From contig JAXLNO010005561.1 in assembly GCA_038087875.1 (NCBI GenBank), positions 62,001-126,000 on the forward strand: DNA of 64,000 bases. Reading direction: 5' to 3'. The notes beneath the pieces were generated by a model. That model was not told the origin of the DNA, did no database searches, and was given only the letters and a program-made list of their open reading frames with translations. The translations under genes and the position numbers were made by a program. Positions 12,103 to 23,780 of this stretch are shown piece by piece. The DNA comes from Malacoraja senta (Eukaryota). The first letter of the stretch is position 1, and the number at the start of each line of letters is the position of its first letter.

Positions 12103-13357
12103 AACAGTTTGCCGAGAAATTAATCTCAGGTCATCAGGAGAATTGGTACATCTAGTACTCTTGCATACTTTCCTGAGGTATGCCTCTTCTTCTTGGCTCA
12201 ATGCTATGAATTTATTGCTTTCTTCAATAAAAAAAAAAAACTTGGGGACTACTTCAGAATCCAGAGCAGAGCTTGCCTGACACCTGGCCATCTCTGCAAT
12301 GCTGTGTGCATTGGCAAGATAGCTTCAAGGAAGTGTGTTATTTCTCACTGGTCATCGTGATCTGCAGGATCTGAATGGTGGCACTAATGTGCATAGGTGC
12401 AGTACTGGTTCTGGGGAGCACCCGATGCAAACATGGTGTCTTTCAGCAGATCCTTTGGGTGTAGGGGACTCATCACTAAAAATGGCTCTCATTGAAGCTG
12501 GATCTAATGTGTCAAAGGCTGGCACAACAGGGCCCAATTTGCACCACACTGCAAGGAAAGACCCTTGTGAACGTTTCTTGGGCGAGGTCAGTTTTACCTC
12601 CGGCATTGTACATGAGAGGGAGACTGCTGCCCAAACACCTCAGACAACTAGTGTAGACCCTGATGTGGTGTTGATGTAAATGCATACTCTCAGACACCAA
12701 TTACAACCTCAATAATGTAGATATGAATTGTCCCCCAAAATGTATTTAAAGTGATCGACGGTTGTCCACTGCAGACCGAAGTGGAGACGGTGACATTCAC
12801 AATGTTGCATGAAGTAGTGTGGAATACAGCTCATTCATAACATAGGTTGGGCATCGACCAATTGGCCGGATGGCTTTCCACAGAGTCGTAAATTCCAAGT
12901 AAAACAGTTTTAGCTAAGATCTTCCAAAGTTCATGCAAAACACTGCAGAGAAGATATCAGGAACACAGGCCCATGTTCAAATGCCAGCTTGTGTTGAACT
13001 GTTTTCCAAAGCTGCATCAGAAGAGGGGGCATCTTTTCAGAACTGAAAACATTGTTGAATAACTCATTCACCTCTGCTGACTTCATGCTCATGAAACAAT
13101 TTCTGTCGTGTGAACCAGAAAAATCATCAGATCAGATCATTGGTTGAATTGAGGTGCAGAATAAGAGGCAACATCTCCACTGGACCCACTAAGGACTATT
13201 AGAGGGAAAACTGAAATGCAAATTATAAGGGACAGTGATAGAAGAGGATTTCATTAACTTGAAAATAAGGAATTAAAAAGTTCTAGGTAATGGGTAATTA
13301 TTTAAAATATATTTGAAAGATGTTTTAATCATTTGATAGAAGGATCAATAACGCATC

Positions 13358-13636
13358 TGATTCAGGGACAATTTCTTCCCGGCAGTTATCAGGCAACTGA
13401 ACCATCCTCTCACCAGCTAGAGTGCAGTCCTGACCACCCATCTACCTCATTGGAGACGTTTGAACCATCTTTAATCAGACTTTATCTTGCACTAAATGAT
13501 ATACCCTTTATCCTGTACCTGTACACTGTGGACAGCTTGATTGTAATCGTGCAAAGTCTTTTCATTGACTGGATAGCATGTGACATAAAAGCTTTTCACT
13601 GTACCTTGGTAAACGTGACAATAATAACCTAAACTA
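13358..13636 (+). mobile_element. Rex1/Babar-type LINE 3' end and UTR
   Basis: TTCAGGGACAATTTCTTCCC...AAAAGCTTTTCACTGTACCTTGGTAAACGTGACAATAA; second copy at 52902-53112. Confidence 0.65.
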
Positions 13637-13639
13637 TCA

Positions 13640-13795
13640 CACTACCCCCAAAGCCTTTCACCATCTCTGAAGTGCTCGACAGGCATGTGATGGAATACGT
13701 GCCATTTTCCTGCACGACTGCAACTTTAACACATCACCCAGGACAGCCCATCCACTGCCTTGAACATTCACTCTATCACTCACGCACCACCTCTT
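13640..13795 (+). mobile_element. Degenerate CR1-group LINE RT C-terminal remnant
   Basis: RHVMEYVPFS...LNIHSITH-like translation across frameshifts. Confidence 0.45.
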
Positions 13796-14959
13796 CTCAT
13801 CCCAAGCCTGTTTACAGGAGTCATTTATGGAGGGTCATTGTAGGTTCCAATCAATGCCTAATGTAGTTGGATGCGTACTCTGTGTCCTGCCTCCAAAATT
13901 CTTGCAAAGGAAATGAATACAGCACATTTAGTGCAGCACTTTAGGCAAATTTCCAGATACATATTCTCATTAATAAAATGCATTAGATTTTGAAATTTGG
14001 ATCAGCTAGATGTCAAAGACTGGTGGGTTAATGCATGAAAAAAGCTTAAAATGAAAGCTTCTGTCCAATAGAAGTCTACAAGAATATATATATGTTTAGG
14101 GTGAAGCAAAAAAGTTAAAGTAAGTGCATGACAAAATATTGGTAAATCAAATTAAGGGAAATAATTATAATTTACAAAGATGTAACGGGCATGCAAACAA
14201 AGGAGCGGGCAGGGAACAATAGCTCTCCCTTGTAAAGTCTGTAAAGTCTGCCTTCAGTAAACCTCGTCACTTGTGCCAGCTGCGGAAATCATTCACTGCT
14301 GGGAGGTGAGCACTTGTTTATTTTTTACTTAAACATTTCAATGTTTTCAGTGAATCGGTTTAGCATGTTGAATGCTATTTAAAAATATCAAATTTTTTAA
14401 ATAGTATATATTATTTATTATATTAAAAAGCCACCACTGGTCCTGATCGCTCACCAACATGTTCAGTAACCCTGTCACAGCTTCGGAGACCGGTGAGCCT
14501 GGTTCAAGGCAATGAGGGGCAGTGGATGTCAAATTCGCCGTGTGGCCTGCTTGCACCATGGCAACCCTGCCACTGCCAGGCTGAGCCTTATGCCAAAAGC
14601 CAGGTTGCCCATACTTAGTAGATGGTGGAGCGTGTTTGAACAGTGTGGCCCAGGGCAGAGGTTTCAGGGTATCAGCTGATTCCCTCAACACCATCCACAT
14701 TCCTCCACCGCTAACTAAGTTGTCGCAAGAGAAAACGTTAAAAGCTTCAGCAGCTTTTGAGAAAAACACGTGGAAATAATGGGTGCCCTGACCAAAAGAT
14801 GACAGGAAGATTGATTTTGCTGTTAAAAGCGGCATAGAAAAGGTAGAAAAGCATGTCAACACATACCACATTTAGAGCCTGGATATGCTCTCAACGGACT
14901 TGAGCCACGAGACTACAGAGCAATTGTTTAATGGCACTTTATTGTCACATGTCCTCACA

Positions 14960-15390
14960 TGTCCTCACCTTGGAGAACTTACACAGTTCCCACTGTCTCA
15001 AGAAATCCCAGAACATTATAAAGGACATTTCCCACTCCCTGTTTGAACTGTTGCCGTCAGGCAGACGGTACAGATCAATGAGGACAAGGACAAACAGACT
15101 CAAAAACAGTTTTTAACCCACAGCAATAACTACACTTAATGTAGCCACCACATGAGCGCAGGTGCGCTACATACCAAAGGGATTGTGAAATCGACAGAAG
15201 AATGTATGGTTGTGTGTTTATGCTTGTTTTTTTCATGTTTATTTATTTTAGTTGTTTATTTTAGATATTTCTCTTTTACGTATCGTTAGCTTTTAGATCA
15301 TGTGTGAATGGTACACTGACTGGTTGGCATTTTTAATTTTGTTGTACATGTTTACATGTTATAATGACAATAAAGAATTTCATTCATTCA
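14960..15390 (+). mobile_element. Rex1/Babar LINE 3' fragment
   Basis: LTLENLHSSHCLKKSQNIIKDISHSLFELLPSGRRYRSMRTRTNRLKNSF; 3' UTR ending GACAATAAAG...(TTCA)n. Confidence 0.82.
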
Positions 15391-17570
15391 TGTACCTAGG
15401 TACAGTGACATTAATTTTTTGCTTACAGTTCAGTAAAAAGCATGTGTATACGTAGTCTGAGCAGCCTTTCTGATGACATGAAGGGACAAACAGCCTCTTC
15501 CTGTGCTGTAAATTTCTATATTACAAGAAAACAGAACAAAGTTTTCTGCTGCTCCCCCAAAAATTTAAAATTGCTTTTTTAAACTCCATCTGCAGAGATA
15601 GGGGTAGCTGCAAAATGCATTTGAATTTGGTCATTCTCTCAAAGAGACTACATCAAATTAATGAAAGACAATTCTGCTGTGTACTTGACACAGTGCACCA
15701 CAATCAAATTGAGAGTTACAGCACATGGTACCGGCAAAAGTAAATAAGATGCACTTCACTCTTCCTTCTGGTAACCTCCACTGTCGCAGGAACACACATC
15801 AATTTGCACACAAAAAATAATTCAAACTAATAAAGCCACAGCCTTGAATTTTAATAGACCGTTTGAAACAGGAAAGAACTTTTCCAATGCCCCAGAGAAA
15901 TTACAGTACTTTCCCAGACAAGCTTTGCTTTTCCTCAATGCACCAGACATTCCAATGGCTTGACTCATTCAGCATTGCAGAGAGGGGGAAAAGGAGGTTT
16001 GGGAGGTGGGGGAAGGGGTATTCACACTGGGCGCCTGCCACCAGCTATTCATCAAAACAGATCAATGCAAGACATACAAACATTCCCATCCATAATTACA
16101 GAAATGTCACTAAACTATAAGTGCACAGAGTAGAAAACAGGATACTGTGGTTGCACTGTACAAAGCCCACATCTTTCTTTTAAAATGGCATGTGTTTCTT
16201 TATATATAAATGAATGATAATTTGCCCAATTATACATTGGCACTAAACACTAGTTTCATTCTGAACCAACTACCAGTGCAGCAAGCCAGAATTGTGCAAC
16301 TGGGCAATTTTGTTTCAATTTAAAACTAACAGACAGACTGCCAAATGTCGGCATTTGTTAATCTGGCTGCATTAAGCAGCAGCTGGCAGTGAATGAGAAG
16401 CATGTACATATACATTTAAACACCTAAACTCCAAGTGTTCCATTATTTACTTTCAACGTTGTACGCGTCTGGAATAGCAGTAGGAGAATTTCAATTAAAC
16501 GCAGCAAAGAACACTTGCTCATATGTAACATGCGTGGTGCTGTGCAGTTCCAAATTCCCAATATCCCATTGAGCAATGTTCCCTTTTATTACAGACAGCT
16601 GCTTTTCATCTCCTTCGGCTCTACTGATTCAATTTCGTTGTGCTTTTTATGTTTTTATTTAAGAAACCATGATTATATCTATTAACCTGATTATACTTTG
16701 TGCTAAGAAAATCTCTTGACCATTAGCAAACCTCAGCGAGATTCAGAAGCTTGCAACACAAAAACACAAAAACGACTGCATTGCTCTGCTCTCCCTCCAT
16801 AGCCGGTATCGCCTCCTGTGTTAAATATTTATCCAAATTTCCCTTCAGAATTATAAATCTCCACTCGCCAGTCACAATGCAAAGCATGCCAGGTTCCGAC
16901 CCGTTATGTAAGTCTTTTTGCAGTAATTTTAAACTGATAAGCCCGATGTCTCCATCAACCCAATACAAGAAATGATCTTTTACTATTTATTATTAATACT
17001 TTTACAAAATAGTTTTGTTAAATCCTAGTCTAGTTAGCTTTCCCAGAAAAATACTTCAGTACATCTACTTCTCTGGCTTGTTTAAAAATTCATATGAAAG
17101 TTACAAGATATGTGACTTTAATTACAACAAAAACTGAATTATCCATTTAAAATACATTTTCATGTTATTTTCAACATTAACAAGCCTTCCTGTAGTAGAG
17201 GTAATGTATGAGCGCAGAAAATCTGATTTAAATCAGATTCAATCTGATACAAAGCCATTCATGGAAAATTTAAAACACTTACCTACAAAATGTTCAATGT
17301 AGATAAATATGATGAGACATGAAAGAGAAGCAGATAAAAATATTATTAGAACAATATTATTGTATTTTTCCTGTTGTACAATACATTTTAAACACAACAC
17401 TACCTAAATAAAACACAGAGACCATCCACAATTTGTTTTATAAATAATTTGAATGGGCAAATTTTATCTCGCTGACGTAATGTTGGAACTAAATTGATCA
17501 AATGTAAATCAATTAATGGCCAAAATAAGATAAAGGGAGATAAAATCTGTGTGTGCATGTGTGAGTAAAG

Positions 17571-17578
<8 letters not shown>

Positions 17579-17620
<42 letters not shown>
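17579..17620. repeat. (GT)n microsatellite
   Basis: Perfect GT run of about 21 units. Confidence 0.95.
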
Positions 17621-17622
<2 letters not shown>

Positions 17623-17712
17623 ACAAAAATGCTGGAGAAACTCAGCGTGTGCAGCAGCATCTATGGAGCGAAGGAAATAGGCAACGTTTCGGGCCGAAAC
17701 CCTTCTTCAGAC
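17619..17712 (-). mobile_element. Short pLTR copy with intact hammerhead core
   Basis: Near-identical to the reverse complement of 1464-1559; minus strand reads GT-CTGAAGA-A-GGGTTTCGGCCC-GAAAC-GTT (17712-17683). Confidence 0.85.
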
Positions 17713-18342
17713 ATTCAGATATATATATCTAATTCAACAGGTAGCCATCGAGACATACAACTCGGCCTTTATGAAACCCACTCTGTAATACTGCATTTTA
17801 TCATTGATATTTCTACCAAGGTTGATCAACATGATCAATAACAAATTTCCCAGTCAGCATTAGCCCCTGAGGGATGCATTATCAGGAGTATTTAGCATGA
17901 CAGGGAAGAAATATTGATCAGCAGACTTCACTTACAAATACTGAGCTCACTTGCTCTGTGATATTTTTCTACATAACATCTTAAAACAGATAATATCCAG
18001 TTTAATATAAATGGATTCATATGCACGAGAACACAACATGAAGGAATGCCATTCACTGTTACATTCAAAGCTCCACAATCATGGAAATTTGAATTCCGTG
18101 TGATGTTATTGCAGTGGTTTCAACTGCTAGGATCATCTCTGCTGGGGAAACTCTTCCAGACATTCAGCAGACAGAAGGGTCTCAGTGAAACCATGAAAAA
18201 GGTACAAGCGTAACATCTGGATTTCCTATAGGTCAGTGCACATTAGGTCTTTCAAAAGGATTGTTTCTCCAAATACTCCATAGAAATGTGCAATTTTGGT
18301 TTTCTAAACTACCAAGAATCCACTTGCAAAACAGACAAAGTC

Positions 18343-18435
18343 AGCATAAAATGCTGTAGTAACTCAGCGGATCAGGCAGTAACTCTGGAGATAAAGGATA
18401 GGTGATTTTTCGAGTCAGGACCTTTCTTTGGACTC
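18343..18435 (-). mobile_element. pLTR-derived short repeat
   Basis: AAAATGCTGTAGTAACTCAGCGGATCAGGCAG...GGTGATTTTTCGAGTCAGGACC. Confidence 0.7.
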
Positions 18436-18878
18436 ACAGGTGATGATTCGGGTCAGGGCGGGTTCGGGTCGGGTTGTTTCTACCTTTCGACAAAGTGGCC
18501 AGTCTGGTAGCTTCTGCATGCTGATCCAACTCAAACGTGGGGTGCTAAATGAGTAGCCGACCCTACCCGTGCTCATTGTGTGAAGGGGCTTTGACCTGTA
18601 GCCAGTCAGAGGGCTTTGGAAATCCCAGCAGGCAGGAAATATTTTAAGGCCTTACGTTTCTCCGAACCAAACTTTGCTTGGATCAGGGTAAAGTGGTCCC
18701 CAATTCCAAGACCAACCATAACTTGCTCGAGCTTGAGCATGGAACGCTCTGCTCACTTGCATCTCAGTTACACTTTCGGGTTTGAAATGAAAACACCCAC
18801 AAATGCTGAAAATCTGAAACATAAACAGAAGATTCTGTTGCCATTCCAGTTAGGCAGCCTCTGAGAAGAAGGAACATT

Positions 18879-18922
18879 ATCTATCTATCTATCTACCTAC
18901 CTATCTATCTATCTATCTATCT
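18879..18922. repeat. (ATCT)n microsatellite at the Helitron 5' end
   Basis: ATCTATCTATCT...ACCTACCTATCT run. Confidence 0.9.
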
Positions 18923-20264
18923 GTACAAAACTAAAACTCTGATCTTCTGCTCTTCCGGTTTGCGCGTTTTTTCTATTTGCGCAAAAACGGTGTGCGCCAG
19001 CGCTACAATTTTTCGTCAGCTCACTCACCGTTTTCCTGTGCTGCGAGTGCAACAAGTTTCATTACGATCGGTAGGATATTATAAGTTAGCGAGGTTTAAA
19101 AATCTTAAAAACCGCGCGTGCGCAGATTGATCTCCTCTCCTGCCAGTCAGCGCCACGCGGATTTGTCTCTTCTCCTGTCACTCACTGGGACGGTCCACCC
19201 CTTCCTGCGCCATCGCATCTTTACTGGAGCTGATGGACGCTGCGGGCAGCCGGCGGAGTCTCCAACTGGACACAATTTTTGGAGGGACTGGAAGCGGCCC
19301 GGCGCGGAGTTGGAGATGTCGCCAAACGGAAAGTCTGATCCCAGCAGAGGAGAGCGTTCAGTGCCCGCTGTGAGTCCCAAAACGCACCCCCATCGCCACG
19401 CCACGCATCTCCAGCCCCTTCCCCTCTGGTCCCCCTCGCTGACTTCTGCCCCCCTCCCCACGTGATACCCCCCTCTCCCCCATGGCTCTTTCCCCCGTCT
19501 TTTCTCCGAGCTCTCCACCCACCCCCACAACCCCCACCCACACGCCGATGTAGCCGTGGCTGCTGGTGCTTCCGGGCCAAGCAGCGGATCCGAGTCCTGG
19601 CTCTAAGGGTCCCAACGGCTGATGCACGCAAGAAGGGAGAGGAGAGACAACCTCGAGATCCTGGGGAGTTGAGGGAGTGTGGGGGAGGAGAGGGGATAGA
19701 GGGAGTGGAGGGGAGTAGGGAAGGGAGAGGAGTTATGGAAGGAGGGAGTAAGTGACTGAGGGTAGGGAAAAGGAGAGGTGAGGGAGGGATTGGGGGAGGG
19801 TCGGAGAGGGAAAAGAAGAGGGAGGTGAGGAGGGAGAGTGGGGGAGGAGGGGGAATAGAGGGAGCGGAGAGGGGGAGTAGAGGAGGTGGAGTTGGGGAGG
19901 TTGGGAGTGGGGAATAGAGGGCAGTGGGGGAGGTGGAGGGATAGTGGGGGGGATAGGGGAGGTGAGGAGTGGGGGAGGTGGGGGATAGAGAAATAGGAGG
20001 GGGTAGGGAGGGGAGAGGAGTTATGGAGGGAGGGAGTGACTGAGGGTGGGGAAAGGAGAGGGAGAGAGAGGTGAGTGAGGGATTGGGGGAGGGGAGGAGG
20101 AGAGGGGAAAGAGGGAGGGTGAAGAGGAGGGGGAGAGAGTGTTAGGGATGAGGGGAAATGAGCTACGCCTGTGCTGTTGGGGGCTATTGGTGAGTGGTGG
20201 AATATTGCGTTGGGGGACCAAGCTCCCTGTGTGACAAGAACCCAACGGGTCCCACTTAGTCTCG
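18880..20264 (+). mobile_element. Probable non-autonomous Helitron
   Basis: Begins with TC after A18879, ends with a subterminal hairpin (ACCCAACGGGT) then TAGT-CTCG (degenerate CTAG) before T20265. No TSD. It appears to split an old pLTR remnant. Confidence 0.62.
19630..20160 (+). repeat. G/A-rich low-complexity tract with internal duplication
   Basis: Mostly purine, many GGG+ runs; the block GGGAGAGGAGTTATGGA...GTGACTGAGGGT occurs near 19723 and near 20011. Confidence 0.9.
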
Positions 20265-21380
20265 TTAATATTCTAGAACTCAGTGACCCCAGCATTCTCT
20301 GTTCCCCTTGCATTTTTGGATCCTGCACTTATTTGCAAAACCTACCAGAAGTCACAAGAGGTCACAAATAGGACCCAAGGGAAATTATGAGCTCGTCCAA
20401 TATGGTTTTGTAGCAATCAGGACGATACCACAGAACACTGAATAACCCAATCTGCAACCCATGAGCACAGAGGAGGTATCAGGGAGTACATTCAGCCAGC
20501 CAAAGTGCTGGCTTTGACATCATGGTGTAAAACTATAGTTGTACGGTTACACTGGATGATTGTATGAATGAGAAAGAGTCAGCGAGAGAGATAGATAAAA
20601 GACACTGGGGTGGAAGGAGCAGGGGGCGGGGGTCAGGGAGTAACCAAAAGATGACGATGATTCTTTTGTCACAAACTATTTAATGAGTCCTTTGTTTTAA
20701 ACTGAAATTGAGGACACTCAGACAAAATCAATACTGCTATTATTTGCAGTCTAACATGTCCACCCTCTGAGCATTTCAATTTGCTTAAAGGGAGATGGGA
20801 CTAACTGCTGTGTGATCCCTTAAGTACAGCCAATGAATGCCTACAAAAGGAATGCCAGTTCTTTAATGTAGTATTCTGTTTCTTCAGCTTTCCTCTCCTG
20901 CTTCCAAAAAAAAGTACTCTAAAGCTATACAGCACAGATTGGGAGGGAAGGGTTGCGATTGAAGATCATGCCAAGTTTCCATCTGGAGCCAGACCCTTTC
21001 ATTCGTTGTGGTCGCCAATACAAAAGCCTTATGGTGCAGCAAAATGCCATGAATTATGTATTATCGTCCACTGCTATTGTGAGGCAGTGCCTGGGACCTG
21101 CTATACGAGTACCGTAATCTGTACAAGTCAGAGTGTACTCAAAGAAGAAGGAAAATAACATTGTTTGGGGCAGAAGAAAAATTAGAAATGTGCACAATTC
21201 ACAGCTTTGAATGGAAGAGCCAAGTTAAACATTTTTAAAAATTGTGCATGAAAATAAGCTCCATCTACTTGCAAAGATTGTCTTTTCTTCTTCTTTTCAA
21301 TGAGTGTAACACTGGCTTATAACTAAATCTGCCTGCTAAACCCGAAGAAACGCTTAATCTACCTGACGCCAATCACTTAA

Positions 21381-21575
21381 GAGTCATAGAGCAAAGAAAC
21401 AGGCCCTACAGTCCAACTTGCTCATGCCAACCAAGGTGCCCTATCCATACTAGTCCTGCCTATCTGTGTTTGGACTGTATCCCTTTAAACCTTTCCTATC
21501 CCTGTACCTGTCCAAATGTCTTTTAAATGCTGTTATTGCACGTGCCTCTGGCAGCTCGATCCATGTATCCACCAC
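21381..21575 (-). mobile_element. CR1 3' end fragment
   Basis: GAAACAGGCCCT...CCTTTAAACCTTTCCTATCCCTGTACCTGTCCAAATGTCTTTTAAATG. Confidence 0.8.
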
Positions 21576-21904
21576 TTATTAGACATTTAACGACAAATTC
21601 TTGTGCGCTCAGAGGGACATCCAATGACAAGTGTTGGTCATTGGCCATCATCCAAAATTTAAGTTACAAATGTTTGGCACAGAAAATACACCATCCGTTG
21701 GTGCCCACTGGAGCGAGCCTGTGCCTGGGGGCAATGCACAATAAAACAATGGAGCGTTTGTGACGAGTTGGGACTGGGAAGAGAATGGGACTTGCATGCG
21801 TCCCGTCTGGTTGGATGGAATCGGCATTTGGAATTTAAAAGTGGGCAGAGCATGGGGATGGGGGGAAGATTTTGGGTTGCGTAAGAAAATCAGTTGGATA
21901 GAGC

Positions 21905-22245
21905 GGATAGGCTTGGATAGAGTGGATGTGGTAGAGGATGTTTCCACTAGTAGGAGAGTCTAGGACTAGAGGTAATAGCCTAAAATTCCTTTAGGAAGGA
22001 GATGAAGAGGAATTTCTTTAGTCAGAGGGTGGTGAATCTGTGGAATTCTTTGCCATAGAAGGCTGCGGAGGCTGTAAATGGATATTTTTAAGGCAAAGAT
22101 GGATAGATTCTTGATTAGTACAGATGTCAGGGATTATGGGGAGATGACAGGAGAATGGGGTTAGGAGTGAGAGATAGATGACGAATGATTGAATGACGGA
22201 GTAGACTTGTTGGACCGAATAGCCTCATTCTGCTAACACATGACC
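21905..22245 (+). mobile_element. CR1 3' end fragment
   Basis: GLDRVDV...AGGAATTTCTTTAGTCAGAGGGTGGTGAATCTGTGGAATTC; similar to 11741-12102. Confidence 0.85.
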
Positions 22246-22285
22246 GTATAAGGAATAGAGGGAAAGTAGATGAAGAGAGAGTTGT

Positions 22286-22415
22286 GGAGACACAAGGAAC
22301 TTCAGGCGCTGGAATCTTGAACAAAATACTAAGTGCTGGAGGGACTCAGCGGGTCAGGCAGTACCTGGAGAGGGTATAAACAGATGATGTTTTGAGACCT
22401 TTCTTCAGACAGATT
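22286..22415 (-). mobile_element. pLTR-derived short repeat
   Basis: GAGACACAAGGAACTTCAGGCGCTGGAATC...GTGCTGGAGGGACTCAGCGGGTCAGGCAG...CTTCTTCAGAC-like end. Confidence 0.7.
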
Positions 22416-22470
22416 GAAGTTGGGGAGAGAAAGTAGAGGTGGAGGTGTTTCAAAGCTTGGCAAGAGGTTG

Positions 22471-22670
22471 GGACGGCTCAGTTGCGCAGTTGGTAGAGCA
22501 GATTCCTCACGGCATCAGAGGCGTGTTCGAACCTGACCTCGGTTGCTGTCTGTGTGGAGTTTGCATGTACTCTCCGAGACCACATGGGTTTCCTACGGGT
22601 GCTCAAGTTTCTCCCCACATGCCAAAGACTTACTGGCCTCTGTAAATTGCTCCCTGGTGTGAACGGGTGG
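22471..22670 (+). mobile_element. V-SINE (older subfamily)
   Basis: tRNA-like A/B boxes followed by GCTGTCTGTGTGGAGTTTGCATG...CCACATGCCAAAGAC. Confidence 0.8.
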
Positions 22671-23304
22671 ATGACAAAAACTATAGGTGAAAAGGAGACA
22701 AATGGTGGCAGGAAAGAAAAGGAGTGAAGAGTGGACAGTAATTGTTGGGGTTTGTGTGCCCAAGGATGAAAGGTAGTGCTTTGCAATTAAAACCAGACTG
22801 TACTACCTGTGTCCAAAGAAGCAAACCCACCTCCGGACCCTGGAGCAATTTGGTCTGCATTCCCCTACAGTGGACTAGTTCAAATTACCAAGTGAAGTGA
22901 AACCACCTGGAAGTAATTATCATCGTGTGTCACTTTTGTGGAACTGTTATGGTGTTTGGGGGGGGGGGGTGGGGGTGAATATCTATTTTCTATAGAGTTG
23001 TGGAAAGAACACCGCTTAGCAACTGCATTTCTCGGCGCTTCTCCTTCCGACAGAAAAATCATGAATATTTAAAACAGATTGAATAAAGCAATATTGAATT
23101 TTCTTTTAGCTACACCAGTCATAGGCCAAAGTTGCCTGAATACTGTAATGCCTTCCGTACACTCCCTCTGGAAAACCTCTGTGAAAACTGTTAAAAACTT
23201 TAAGAGAACTCTTCGACACAAGCAGAGTTAGCTGTGATGTTTCAAGTGGCATCATATTCTGGTACACATCTCTTAATAAATGAGAAAATAAATGTATAAA
23301 TTTT

Positions 23305-23535
23305 ATTCAGTGCCTTTTACAACCTCAGAATATCACAAATTGTTTCACAGGCTGAGATTTGCTAACTGGTGAAACATTGCTTCCAATTTATGTTGAGCCA
23401 TTTAATCTAAATTGCACCAGGATAAATGGTGAGATGCAGACTTGGGCACAAATGATGGGTAGGACAGAGAACAGCAATGTTCTATTCAAGGAGAAAAATG
23501 GGCCATGGTCAACATTTCACCTGAAAGACAGTGGC
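23305..23535 (-). mobile_element. Degenerate DeuSINE-like remnant
   Basis: AGTGCCTTTTACAACCTCAGAATATCACAAATTGTTTCACAG...CAACATTTCACCTGAAAGACAG resembles the Deu domain and tail from memory; not aligned. Confidence 0.4.
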
Positions 23536-23555
23536 CTACATTTCCCACAAATGCG

Positions 23556-23780
23556 TAGGAATGAACTGCAGATGTGGGTTCATACCAAAGATAGACACAA
23601 CGTGCTGGAGCAACACAGTGAGTCAGGCAGCATCTCTGGAGAAAAGAAACAGGTGACATTTAGGGTCAGAACTCTTGTTCAGACTTAAGAAGAGTTCCGA
23701 CCCGAAACGTCACCTGTTCCTTTTCTCTAGATATGCTGTCTGACCCACTGAGTTGCTCCAGCACTCTGTGTCTATCTTTG
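23556..23780. mobile_element. Fold-back (inverted) pLTR pair with two head-to-head hammerhead cores
   Basis: CAAAGATAGACACAACGTGCTGGAGCAAC...CTCTTGTTCAGAC|TTAAGAAGAGTTCCGACCCGAAACGTCACC...GTTGCTCCAGCACTCTGTGTCTATCTTTG; arms of about 95 bp. Confidence 0.85.

Noticed and set aside
14347-14871. 174-aa minus-strand ORF
   Set aside because: No recognisable domain or splice context; composition is not protein-like.
18930-19660. CpG island promoter of a host gene
   Set aside because: Lies within Helitron-like termini and has no clear first exon or donor; treated as TE-borne, though not excluded.
19603-20328. 241-aa Pro/Ser/Leu-rich ORF
   Set aside because: Translation of the low-complexity purine tract inside the Helitron-like element.
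22471-22540. tRNA-like sequence (also 27097-27170)
   Set aside because: Heads of tRNA-derived V-SINEs, followed by the V-domain; no complete cloverleaf.
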